This document shows, piece after piece, positions 49,040-61,198 of a DNA stretch of 64,000 bases. The notes under the pieces were generated by a model. The model did not search any database. It was given only the letters and a program-made list of their open reading frames with translations, and was not told the DNA's origin. The stretch's first letter is position 1. Each line of letters opens with the position of its first letter. Made by a program: the position numbers and the translations under genes. Source of the stretch: Elsinoe ampelina (lineage: Eukaryota); assembly GCA_010093995.1 (NCBI GenBank), contig ML992513.1, positions 431,203 through 495,202 of the forward strand, written 5' to 3'.

Positions 49040-50191
49040 TTACCTCCCACCGGACGCCAGTCTCCACTCCTTCATCGTCGTCTTCACGCTCCTTCCAACC
49101 AACTCCCCCAGCTCACCCCACGGCTCCTCAGAAAACCTCCTCTCCTCCTCGTCCATTCCCTCCCACGCCTCCTCCTTCTCGCTTCCCCTCACTGCCACCG
49201 CCAAATACCTTTCCCTCTCCTCTTCTGTCCCTCCAAGCACAGCCCCAAGCAGGCCATACCGCATCAATACCCCGTTCAGCAGAATCCTCGTCATGCGTCC
49301 GTTGCCGTCGAGGAATGGGTGGATGTTGACGAAGGAGTGGCTTAGTCTCGCTGCTAGGTCTAGGGGATCTACCTCATCGTCCTCATTAGGGTTAAATCCT
49401 GATCCTGATGCTGGTTCGGAAGTTGGGAGGAGGGCGTTGATACTCCTCACGAGGGAGGACATGCGTCGGGGTACCTGCTCTGGGGCAGGGAACTCAGTGA
49501 AGCCGGCGAAGATCCGGCAGGTCCTGTAGGTCCCGCCGTAGGAAGTGGATGGGATGCCGTCGCTTGCTGGGACGTGATCGGTAAGGATGCGGTGGGTGGC
49601 GAGGATCAGAGACTCGGTGAGTGGTGCCCGGGAGATGGAGAAGGTGTGGATGAAGTATACCAGGGCAAGTGCGTGGGAAGTGATTTCGTGGTAGGTCTGG
49701 AGGGGGAGCTTTGAGGGTATGGGGGCGTCGAGAGGGATGTTGTAGGTAGACAGCTGGGCTGGAGAGGAGAGGAAGGCGGTTGTGAGGTCATGCTGGAGAG
49801 CCGGATATGAGGGAGGCGATTTGCCCTGGAAGATTGGGCCCGCTATTTGGGCTGTCAGGGCGAGACTGGAGCCGGCTCGTTCGATGTGATTTGAGCCGTG
49901 GAGGAGGGCGATGAGATGCTTGGTGATGTACGTCCTGAGGTCAGAGTGCTCCTCGGGAGAACCAGAACATGGTTTGGTCGGAGGTGACAAGGTACCAGTC
50001 TCAATGTAGTCGTCATCTTCGTCATGGACGTCTCTGTGAGAGCCGGCATCCTCGTTATCCGTATCACTGTCGTAGCCGTCAAGAGTCTTGACCGAGGTCG
50101 ACTTTGACAGATGCTGGACTAGAGCATCGACCAGGTTGAAGTGAAATTCTGACATCTCGAGCTGCGAAATCGACGGCGAGGCTGCTGTCAT
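49040..50191 (-). CDS. Fic/Doc-domain protein (putative AMPylase)
   Basis: Canonical HPFLDGNGRMTR motif; upstream H..L...GGTYRT; N-terminal SNHIE resembling the inhibitory (S/T)xxxE helix. Confidence 0.9.
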   Translation of the reverse strand: MTAASPSISQLEMSEFHFNLVDALVQHLSKSTSVKTLDGYDSDTDNEDAGSHRDVHDEDDDYIETGTLSPPTKPCSGSPEEHSDLRTYITKHLIALLHGSNHIERAGSSLALTAQIAGPIFQGKSPPSYPALQHDLTTAFLSSPAQLSTYNIPLDAPIPSKLPLQTYHEITSHALALVYFIHTFSISRAPLTESLILATHRILTDHVPASDGIPSTSYGGTYRTCRIFAGFTEFPAPEQVPRRMSSLVRSINALLPTSEPASGSGFNPNEDDEVDPLDLAARLSHSFVNIHPFLDGNGRMTRILLNGVLMRYGLLGAVLGGTEEERERYLAVAVRGSEKEEAWEGMDEEERRFSEEPWGELGELVGRSVKTTMKEWRLASGGR

Positions 50192-50402
50192 ATTGAGAAC
50201 TCGTGTCGCAGATTTTAACGACGACCATAGATGGCAGTGTTGTGATAGGACGATCACATTGTGTCGAAATTCTTTTCTTGTTTCTTCTTTCTCTATTGAC
50301 TATGAATCAGATTATACTCCAAACTCAAATGTCAGAGACATCAAACCTTATATCCCTCATCAATCTGTAATACTTTCCTGCCTTCTACCACCCTCCTCTT
50401 AC

Positions 50403-51656
50403 TCATGACCTCCCGTTCCTCTCCATCCCTTTTATGAACTCTCCATGCAGCCTCGCAATCTCCGGCACCATCAAGCTTTCAATCTCCACACTCGGCTCCC
50501 CCGACACCTCCGCCTCCTGCTTCTCACTCCCCCCACCAATAGCCTGCCCCCTCCTCCCCCTCTCCACCCGGATCCATTCCTCCCTCACCCCCTCCCCCTC
50601 CTCCCCCCTCGCCTTACTAACAAACACAACCTCCCACTTCCTCGTACTCAACAAATTCCCGACCACAAGATGATGCCCATATTTCCCCAACGCCCACTTC
50701 GCCTTTGTGACCAAAATCCCCGGATCCGTCTCCAGTTTGAAACTAACAATCATGCCCCTGGGACTCCAGTCATCCACCAGCTGATGCAGAAACTTGGGCA
50801 CCGGATCCAGGTTGACGATGAGTTTCTTGTCGGAAATAGTAGCGGCGACTTCCTCCCCTTCATCGTCGAGGTGGCTATCCCCCTGCCCAGGGCCAGGACT
50901 CTCGACGCCCCTGTCGCGATCCCGGTCCGCGCGGTTCCTGGCGTCAGAAGAAGCAGCCATGTCGGCGCGGGCTCTGGCGGACGAGGGACGCGCGGGGCCG
51001 GGACGCGGCGGGCGCTGGAATTCCTCGCCGGATTGGATCTTGTGCTCGACCATTTTGCCGCGGGGGATGAAGAAGTCGCTCACCGCGGCGGCGAGGTAGA
51101 AGAGGGCGTTGGACGACAGCGGGGTCATGAGTTGGGCGATGGCGCGTAGGGACCAGAGGTAGTCGTTTACGGTGGTGAAGGGGAGGAGGAGGAGGAGGTT
51201 GCGCGCTCGGGCGGATTTGTATTGCGCGAGGACCGAGGAGAGGTGGGGGGTGTAGGAGTCTTTGATTTTGACGCCGGGGGTGTCGGAATGCGAGGGGGAG
51301 GGGGACAGGTCGAGGTAGTCGAGGAAGCAGTTGGCCGAGGAATGGGAGTAGTGGCGGGCGAAGGGGAGGAGGGAGAATTCCCGGTGGAGGAAGATTACTG
51401 CGTAGCCTTGTCGTAGGAACCATTCGGCGGAGGTGGCTCCTCGTGTTCCGGCGGAGAAATTGTCGACGAAGCGCACCATGTTGGTCTCGAGCGGGACGGT
51501 GGTGCCTCCGGATGTGACGAGGACGACCCGCTGGGAGGGGGTGGCGGCGTGGTGGGTTATGAAATTGCGGGCGAGGGTGGTGTGGGATTGCAGGAATGGT
51601 GGTGGAGGATTGTTGCGGAAGTACTCATGCTCGGGCTCGGGTACGCTGGGTGCCAT
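50403..51656 (-). CDS. CAB2: Phosphopantothenate-cysteine ligase
   Basis: [13 protein letters not shown]...[35 protein letters not shown]. Confidence 0.94.
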   Translation of the reverse strand: MAPSVPEPEHEYFRNNPPPPFLQSHTTLARNFITHHAATPSQRVVLVTSGGTTVPLETNMVRFVDNFSAGTRGATSAEWFLRQGYAVIFLHREFSLLPFARHYSHSSANCFLDYLDLSPSPSHSDTPGVKIKDSYTPHLSSVLAQYKSARARNLLLLLPFTTVNDYLWSLRAIAQLMTPLSSNALFYLAAAVSDFFIPRGKMVEHKIQSGEEFQRPPRPGPARPSSARARADMAASSDARNRADRDRDRGVESPGPGQGDSHLDDEGEEVAATISDKKLIVNLDPVPKFLHQLVDDWSPRGMIVSFKLETDPGILVTKAKWALGKYGHHLVVGNLLSTRKWEVVFVSKARGEEGEGVREEWIRVERGRRGQAIGGGSEKQEAEVSGEPSVEIESLMVPEIARLHGEFIKGMERNGRS

Positions 51657-52426
51657 CGCGTGATCAGAGCAGTACGCTCGAGACCGCAATCTGTCTGGTG
51701 TGGTGATATGCGCTCACCTGTTGCGAGCTGCCATCGTTTTGCTGCGGGGAGCCGTCAACCTCTGATATGAGTAGAAGGGAGCTTTCTTCCTACCAGTACT
51801 AGTCTTGAAAGTATCTCAAATTATTCCAAGAGATCAAATCATTCAGCTCCCTTGATTTTGAGTATCAGCTATGTAGATTGTGGCGACAATGTAAAGGAGG
51901 TCTTTTGCTGACTCACGATCTCGGCTGAATGGATGTCGGGGAACGTGAAGCTTTGGGACGTCTCGTTGTAATTGTCATCAAAAGTATCACACGCACCCAA
52001 TTACTCGTACGAGATGCTTGGACGCTGCAGATAATGACATTGGGATGGTCTCACGAGGTATAGAGAAAATGTTCTTGAACACGTATATTACAGTCGCTAC
52101 CAACTTCCGCCACTATTACCACCACCTCTCCTCTCATTTCATTAGCGATCGCAATATGCCAGGCGGTGAACCAAGGCCAATAGAAGGATCGAGGTACTAT
52201 CTCACAAAGACGAGGATAAATCATCATGAGCGTGGGTATATTTTGGTATCATCCGCAGGCAGGCCACAAACAGAAAAGATTAATTCTCCGGCGCCATGTT
52301 GGGGTTTGTCAAATTAGGTCGATTGTTGACGAATCAATCGCGGTCGGTTCTATGCCATGTCTGGTCCACCGGGGCAAGACATTGCTTCGAGTCGTCCAGC
52401 GACTATCGTCGTGGTGAACTAGCACC

Positions 52427-53394
52427 TTAGACGGTCTGGTTAGCAGTGCCGTTGGTGACGCCGCCGGTGTTACCGCTGTTGGGGGCGAAGTTGCTGCCGG
52501 TCTCCTCCTTGGGGTTCTTGATGAAGGCATCCTTCTCGGAGTAGTCGTGGATGTGGAGACCAAGGCGGGCAGGGTCGATGTTGCGGTGGCCCCAGATGAG
52601 GAGAGCACCAAAGACTGGCTTAGCGAGGAAGTCGAGAACGCCATAGAAGAAGGCCTCCGAGTTGGCATTGATGACATTGCCACCCTCAGAAAGACCCCAG
52701 GCGATCGGGTACAGAGTCCACAAGAACGAGGTAAGAGCACCGCAGATCAAGAAAGTGCGACCAACATCCTTGCCCATGGCGTTGGCGTGGCGACGTCCCT
52801 CCCAGACCAGAGCATAGAGGACGTAGAAAAGCGCGGCGCAGCCAAAGGCAAAGTATCCCCACTTGTAGGACGAAGCGGTGAGCGCACCAACAAGACCAGT
52901 AACAATCATCACCTCATCGACAAGAATGACGTAAAGAATCGTCGGCGTCGGCAGGGCCGCGGTGAGGAGCAAATCCAACAACAACAGCGGAGTGGTGATG
53001 ACCCAATCGATATAACGTACGTAGAAGATCTCGCGGGTGGCGCCTGGGAGAGAGTCGCGCTGGAACTCAATGTTGATGGGGACGCGGCCGAGCGAGGCAC
53101 CCATGGAGTAGTAGGCGATGCAGGCGACCATGGTCACTGCCGCGGTGATGTAGTGGAAGATGCGTTCCTGGCGGGGCTTGGTGCGGGAGAGGACGACGAA
53201 GACGACGGTCGCGGCGCCCATGAGCGCGCAGATGGCGAAGTACCATGAGGAACCAACGGGGCCGATTTGGACGTCGGCGGCTCCACCGTTGGTGCCGGCT
53301 GGAGGAGGGGTTAGTATGTGAAGGTGAAGGGGAGGTGAGAGTAGGTGAGAGGAGGTGGGAGCTTACCATTGGCATCGATGGATGTTTGAGGCAT
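52427..53394 (-). CDS. carO: Fungal rhodopsin (CarO-type opsin), 2 exons
   Basis: Seven-TM opsin; helix C RYIDWVITTPLLLLD (DTD motif); helix G DFLAK with the retinal-binding Lys; intron 53299-53366; clustered with carX and carRA. Confidence 0.9.
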
Positions 53395-56039
53395 GTCGTC
53401 GGTGGTGATGGGTTGAGGTGGAAGGGGTGTCCTTGGCCTTGGTCACTTTTGATGATGAATGATGCTTGACTGATGATGGGAAGTGAGGAATGCGACAAGG
53501 GGACCTTTTTGTGTGTTGACAGAAGTGGTGGAATGCGTGCCTGGCGTCATGGGCGAAACGAGCATGTGGTCACCACCAAAGGAAATTTCCAGAGAGAATG
53601 ACGTCGCTGGAGGTTTACCTGACGGGCTAAACAGTGAGGGGCGGGCGTCCGGCACCACTGACTTCTGCATGTCCGGGCTACAGCTGCACTGTGTATAGAT
53701 CGGAAGACTCGGTAGTGGCTTTCGGGTGAGTCAGTTCGTTGGCTTTACGGGTGTGGGCCAAAACTCTGTCGATTGATGATCATGCATGCAGCCATCGATC
53801 TCACGATGGGAGAAGTGGGGATGTGGTTTTGTGGTTGCTTTCATGCATGTATGTGTATCAGCTATCTCACATTATTCTTCACGTACGTAGTTGTTACGAA
53901 ACAGAAAATCGTGTGGAGATAAGATGCAACTGTGTATGGCATCGTAGGCAGGACAACGTCTGTATTCATGCCAATTTCCAACTTATGATTACTCGTGGGA
54001 CACATGCTATGGCAGACCTTGAATTGGTCGCCCAAAGCACAGGGCTGTCAGATGTCGAGGACTAGGAAATGACATCAGCCACATCGTCCTCTTGCAATCT
54101 CGCCAGCCACGAATCACAAAAAGTCTCACCGTCAAGCACAGTCCTCAGAGTTCTCTCGACAACGACGGATGATGTCCAGCGCCAACAAAAGCTTGATCGT
54201 GCTTGTCTCGACATCACACGGTCTGTGGGCCAACGTGCATCTGGGTTGTGGATCGGTGGCTGCCACGACAATCTTGACGAGCGATGAGATCACAGCGCGA
54301 CATGCGCTATCTTTTTCCCTCCCCACCTGCATATCGCTGGTCTTAGTTCTTACCAAGACGTCTCGCGCTTCTTGGGAGTTCGCCCGTCGTGCTTGTCCTG
54401 CTTCATCGATTCCCGTCGTTGCTCGCACGACAAATGCTCCGACCGACGTGATGTCCTTGGCCCACTTGGACGCAGATTTTCCTGCCCTCAGCCTCCAAAA
54501 TCCGGGGAAATCGTGCGAGGACCCACTGTGCAAATCGCGATCCGATTGTTCGTGGCTTGAAAAGTTCAGATCTGGACAGACCCGGAAATATTTGTGTCTC
54601 CGTCCTGTTTTGCTTGGCCCAGGTGCCCACTGATCAACGCAGTTCATGGCTCCTGCCCGTGTCTCCACGACTTTCAATGACCAATGAGAATACTGTTTCG
54701 TCCTAAATTGGTCTGGTGACTGTTTCCCAAACTCTGCAACTCCGCTGCAATTTGGCGAATGGTATAGCGCCAACGCAGGCCAGGTCAATGACAGCGACAT
54801 GGGGGTTAGCAATCTTGCTGAGATCGCACTGTTTCAGCCGATGCTCGACTCATGAAATCCCTGCTCTTGGCCGAGTGTCTTTTGTAAGTAGCAATCTATT
54901 ATTCTATGACACTTTTCACTACAGTAAATTACTGTGCTGTACAGAAATGTCATGACATTCCCTCGGCACGTCTTGACTATCATAAAGATCGTCCTTCCGG
55001 AAACAACGCCCGGATGTGTCGCAAGCTGATCAGTGGGTCTCTCAGGAACATGATCGCGTCGCTGTCTTCTGTTTTTTTTTTTTTCGTTCTCTGCCTGAAG
55101 ATCTCTGAGCTTCTGCCGTGTAGAGGAAACATGCGGGCCGTGGACATCCGCCTGTCAACCTCATTCTCTGAGGCAGCTTTGCCTTCTGGTGTAGGTAAGA
55201 GATGGTCTGACGTGCGGTGCGCATGACCATGGCCCTGCGAAAAACTCTGCATGCTTGATGAAAGGCAAGGAGGGGTAAAGCTATATCGAGTAGCTCGTGG
55301 CGAGGGATACATCGTCGCTCTCGCACTCGCACTCGCTCCCTCGCATACTTCCGTCCGAGAACAGATCGATGCCTAGTCTTATGGATGCGCCATGAGACCA
55401 TCACGCTCATCTCACGGCGCCGGTATCGCCAAGGCTGAGATCCTTAGGCCGGTATTGTGCACCGTGCATTCAATCACTGTCTGCAGCCTGAGATTGCTGA
55501 CCGACATCGAAGCCCCAGCTGCGGGGTCCATCGTTGGTGAACATCTTGAACCTTCTGAGCTATTCCCGTCGTTATGCACGACTCTGTTACACTACCGTAG
55601 TCCATCCTGTAATACACCATTGGCATCGGTATCGACATGTCCATGCACACTGACGCCGTGGTCGTAGCTCCAAGACGTGGGGACTTCTTTTAGGCGGCTT
55701 GACTGGCTGGGCAGACTGGGGTGGATGCGGGGGAGGGGCAGGGTATGTGTCAGGGGTGAGCTCGAAGTCGAACGTGGCCGCAGGGGTAAGGCTGTCGATA
55801 GCCTGGTTGTTGGAGATTGTCGAGGCGTGAGATAAGCATGTGGTATCGAGGGGGTTGTTATGTGGATTCACAACTTCAGATGTGCATGTTAAGCAGGAGA
55901 AGTGTTAGCGATTGCACGACAGTGGTTTGCGGCTATGGGACGGAGGAGTGAATGATTAGATTATGTTCGTCTCTCATTATGTACTGTGATTCACTGAGCG
56001 TAGCAACCACTGGGTATAGCTCGTGTGCCTGACCATTGC

Positions 56040-58314
56040 CTATCCAAGCACTCTTTCTACCCTGTCCCTGATGTTCGCCCACAACCCGTGCCTTTCCTGT
56101 TTGCTCAATGCTTGTGCTGTACTCCTGACTGTTTCCACAGCCCTTTGCCCCTGGATCTCCTCTTCCGAGAACCAAGTCCCATGCAAGCCGTAAGGCACCC
56201 GCTGGGGCAATTGTACCTTGCCGATGATGGTTGTCATATCCTTGGCGTCGATAATCCAGAGCTCACTCTTAGCGCGCAGTGCCACGTTGTCGTCCGGAGG
56301 GACCTCGCCTTCAATGGTGAGTTGCTCCTCGTTGAAGGCGTAGGTTAGGAGGTAGCCGTCGTCTTCGCTGGTGCTATTCGCGCGAGGAACAAAGCGCGGC
56401 TCTTGTGCGAACCAACCGTGTGGCATATGGAATGCCTGAATTGTGTCTTCTGGATCGTTGCTGTCCAGTATTTGTGTCAAAGACCGCTTATCAACACAAT
56501 CTGTAATTGGCTGCAAAAGACCAGCTGCGAGCTGCCTTTCGCCTTCGGTAATGAGTCGGTCTGCATCGATCTTGACCAGAATGTCAATCTTGGCCGACTT
56601 GCCCAGCGCAGCGCCGAAAGAAGCACACGATGTGCTGCAACCGAAGACGTAGCGTGCTTGCTTCATCTCGAACGCGGGATGTACCGAAGGGAACTCGAAC
56701 GGTATCCGAGCTAGAGCATATTCTGAAGTGATTCGGCCAGTTTCCAGTGAGAAGTTGTAATGGTAGAGGCGGCATTGATCTTCGTCCGAGTCAGTCCACT
56801 CCTCCCAGATCTCCTCAGGCAGCTCAAAGACCTCGCTGCCAGGAGTGTGTACCGGCACCGGATCGCCTGTGTAGCGCCCTCTCTGTGCAGGCTCATTGAT
56901 CAATGTCCTCGCCTCGATATCATCAGAGTACGCTGCGGAGGGGTCGTCAAAGTAAGACTGCTGCTCTTCGCCAGGTCGACTACTTTGTCGCTGGAAGTCG
57001 TTATCGTACTTGGAAAAGAATGGCATGCCCTTCTTCTTCTCCTGTACAGCACTGTTGCGTGGCACAGGACCGGCGATATTCCCAGCACTGAAGACTGTGC
57101 TTCCTGATGTCAACCTGCAGGCCAAAAGCTTTACAGATTTGACTTGACCTTGCTTGTCGATACCATCCCATGTGTTTGCAGTATGGAAGATGCAGCATGC
57201 TTTCGTTTCGAACCAGCGGACTTGATCTGGGCTGTGACGAGGGAAGACGCCGAAGCGAGAAGGTTTTGTTGGGTCGTACTCGACCACGGGTCTGCCCTTC
57301 ATCATGTTGAGAGGATCCAGTGAAAGTGGTAAATCCATGATGACAGAGTGGGTTGACGAGACGCCAAAGTCATGCATCATCTTTGCGCTGGACACTCCCG
57401 GCAACGGCAGATTGACATACTTCTTGAGCGGCAAACGATCTAGCTTCTCAGCCTGAGACGGTGTCTGCTGCTCAGGAATAACCGAGTACTGTACGTATGG
57501 CGGGGCGAACGACGAGTGGAACAGTAACATCTCCTTTGTCTCCGGGTCAACCTTTGGATGTGCGGTCGTCCATTCCCGCATCCAGCCCATGAGTCCTTCA
57601 CCACCGATTGTCTGGCCGTCTTGGGCGAATTCGTCCTTTGGTTCATTCTCTGCACCACATCCATTATACCAGCCAACAGTGTCCAGTCCTGGTAGGCTGA
57701 TGCGCATGGGTGGGCCAGATTCGCACCCGGCGAGTGCTCGGCCATCGTGGAACCATACTGAAGTGTTTGCAACGCTGATCTTCTTGATTGCTTGTTTCGA
57801 GCCGGACATGAAAGATAGGATGACCAGAAAGATGGTTCTCATGACTCGCCATGTGATCCAGAAGAAGGAGGCTAGAGGATTTACCAGAGTGGCTATACTT
57901 GGAAGGATAGGTGTCTTGTTGTGCGGTGAGGATATGGTCGACAAGTATACGTCTGTGAGGACGTATTGGTTCACGAACTGAGGCTGTACTTTGCCATCCT
58001 CCTCTTTTGTAAAAGCAACACCAGCGAGCATGCCGTCGCCGTCGAACCAGTGTGCATCCCGTCCGAGGTCCTCATTTGAGACTGGATTGCCGCCATTTCT
58101 CACGTATTCACCGCCAGCGAGCTCATCGGGAATCCTGCCCTCGAACGTACAAGGTGTGAGAGGAACCACTGATTGGATTGGTGCAAAGTTGCCAGCGAGG
58201 TAGCTGGGAAGGTCAGCAAGTCGTCCATATCGATTCATGGTAGTTGTCGAGCTCAACATACGGGTGCTTTGCAGATGCTTGACCCCTCTTTCGCTTTTGT
58301 CCTGCTAGAGTCAT
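56040..58314 (-). CDS. carX: Carotenoid cleavage oxygenase (CarX-like, retinal-forming)
   Basis: Spliced start MTLAGQKRKR...KHP|YLAGNFAP; HWFDGDGM, TAHPKVDP, MMHDFG, IFHTAN, EPRFVPR, RVPYGLHG (four Fe-binding His). Confidence 0.92.
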
Positions 58315-59163
58315 GACGGCTGTGGGAAAACAAACAGTCGACAGGGAACAGCAGCGGCAAGTCAAGGTGACATGGACGTGGTTATGATGGTCGAAAACGT
58401 CGACCGAAAAGGATTAGAAGAGAATGGCCCATGAACCGCCAGAGTCTGCCGAACGAAGCATGTGAAGAAGCCTACCTCGCGAGTGTTTCGGTGGACCGAG
58501 CAGACCAACCTGAACCTGACATTGGATGGAGATGGGCGCGACGAGTAGAGCTGCGGCATGACGAAATTTGGCTGGGAGCTTGGACTGCGAATCTCGATCT
58601 GGAGAGGTCTGATCTGAAAAGCGCCGCAGCGGGGAGAGACAGGAACCTTCGGAACCTCGAGGATGTTCGCGGATGGGCCATGGCGATCACCGTCAAAATC
58701 TCGACCGGCTCTGCTGCCGTCCAGCCGAGCATTTGACGTTGTCTCTGTGCGTCATGCAGAGCAAAAAAACCTCCGAAAAGTCACGCCGTTGTCGTGCAGC
58801 AAAGAATAGACGAAAATTCGCCGACAACCGACATGTGTCAATAATGCGTAGCAAAATTGCAGGAAGCCGTGGTTGAGATTCAAGCAGAAAGCAAGCCTCG
58901 CGTTGAGCGGGCAGCGCAGCGCAGCGCAGCATCACGTTCCCAATTGCCTTGTGAACGGAAATCTGCCTTCGCTGACCGGAGCCTTCGGGATTGAATTCGT
59001 CGCCTTTGTCTCTGCTTCTAAAGCTTCTGCCTTTTCCTCAACACTGGGTAAATGTCTTCGTAGCACCCCCCATCTTGCATCTTCATTGCTTTTACTGCGC
59101 GGACATACCCGATGTGGACCATGGCTGTTTGGTAGTTCCGATCTGTCTCGCAATCCGCTCATC

Positions 59164-61134
59164 ATGGGCTACGATTATGCATGGGTGTAAGTATGATGGC
59201 ATACTACTAGGTAGCCTTTCACATGTCAAATACGCTAATGCACTCCAACACAGGCACCTCAAGTTCAACATTCCGCCTGCACTCGTGCTCACTTTCCTAT
59301 ATCGGCCATTGTTGACGCGACTAGATGTCTACCGCATTCTCTTTCTCATCACTGTAGGTTGCCGACTGTGCTGACCCGAGTATCAATCTCATGCCCTGAC
59401 ACGCCCAAGATCGCCGTAGTATACACAACTCCATGGGATTCCTACTTGATCCGCAATACAATATGGAGCTACCCGCGAGACGTGATTGTCGGTCCAAAGC
59501 TCTTCGACATCCCACTAGAAGAGGTCTTTTTCTTTGTCATACAGACATACAACACATCCCTACTCTACCTGATCCTTAGCAAGGCGCCTTTTCACCCAAC
59601 ATATCTCCGTCGCGAAGGCAAGAAGGACCTCATCAAAGTATGGAAGACGGGCGTTCAGATCGCATTGGCGTTGATTATGAAGAGAGGGATTGCCATGGTG
59701 AATAAGGGGCAAGATGGAACATACATGGGCTTGATCCTGGTGTGGGCGATACCTATCATGTTCTTCCTCTGGGTCCTGGCATACCAATTCATCACCAACT
59801 TGCCGCTCACCAACACGGTTCTGCCAATCGTCTTGCCTACATTGTATCTCTGGATAGTCGATACGTTGGCACTCCGACGGGGCACATGGGTCATTGAGTC
59901 GGGAACCAAACTCGGCATTCACGTCTGGCCCCATCTGGAGATTGAGGAAGCTGTATTCTTCCTGCTCACAAATGTTCTGATCGTGTGGGGACTGATTGCA
60001 TTTGACAATGCTGTCGCGGTGCTGGACGCCTTTCCCCTTCACTTCCCGACTGCATCGAATCTACCTTCGCCAGTCATGATGATCAAAGCCCTCTGTCTGT
60101 CCTCCTCTGCGTATGACGAGGAACGGATCAATGGCCTCAAAGAAGCCGTCACTCGCCTCTCCAAGAAGAGCAGGAGTTTCTACCTGGCCAGTGGTGTCTT
60201 CGAAGGCCGTCTCCGCGTCGACCTCATCCTCCTATACTCGTACTGCCGTGTCGCTGATGATCTAATCGACAATGCTGCCACCATTCAAGAGTCGAAGCAG
60301 TGGATCAAGAAGCTTACCAAGTTCCTCGACCTCTCCTACACGTCGAAAGACCCAATGGCACGCGATGCAAACAATGGACCAATTGTCCGCTACGTCGTCC
60401 AGAACTTCCCCCGCGACACTCACTCGGCACTGCTACAACTCCAAACCGACAGACTCTCTTCAGAGCCTCTCTATGATCTCCTCAAAGGCTTCGAAATGGA
60501 CCTCGAATTCCAACTCCTCAAGAACAATCCCACCACAGCCTCAGACGTCAAATACCCCATCAAATCCACCTCCGACCTCGACCTCTACGCGCAATACGTA
60601 GCCGGCACCGTAGCCGAGCTCTGCCTAGACCACTGCTTCTTCCACTTCCCCGGCGGTAGGTCCGAAGCAGAAAGGAAATACTTCATCTCCGCAGGCGGCA
60701 AGATGGGACAAGCACTACAATACACCAACATCGCACGCGACATTGAAGTCGACGCCGAGATGGAGCGCATCTACATCCCGACTTCGTGGCTGAAAAAAGA
60801 GAAGCTCACTCCCTCCGAGACCATCAAGACTATTCGCTCGGGAGCACTGCGCAGAGAAGGACAGGGCGAGAAGGACAACGACGTCTTCTTCCGGGAGAAG
60901 ATCGAGCGGCTGAGGGGCAAACTCCTCGACCGTGCCTTTGAGCTGTACGAAGACAGCAGAGGTGCCATCGAAGCTTTGCCGGCGGAAGTGCGAGGCAGCA
61001 TGCGCGTGGCGGTGGAGAGCTACATGGAGATCGGCCGCACCCTGCGGGAAGAGGGCTACGTGGTACGCAGAGGACGAGCCACGGTGCCGAAATGGCGACG
61101 GATAGTGGTGGCGTGGAAAGCGCTGAACCAGTGA
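59164..61134 (+). CDS. carRA: Bifunctional lycopene cyclase / phytoene synthase (al-2)
   Basis: [37 protein letters not shown]; phytoene synthase motifs [24 protein letters not shown]; two 5' introns. Confidence 0.95.
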
Positions 61135-61198
61135 CGCTTGGTCTATACACGCTCTACAAGATAGGAATGTACATAACCCCCTCTAAGCCTTCATCCGT

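Noticed and set aside
48850..49345. Long ORF overlapping the Fic gene in antisense
   Set aside because: The Pro/Leu-rich tail is the shadow of the G-rich Fic 3' end; not supported as coding.
53400..56040. ORFs in the carO-carX gap as a possible carB remnant
   Set aside because: No desaturase motifs; the short overlapping ORFs look like chance frames in a long promoter region.
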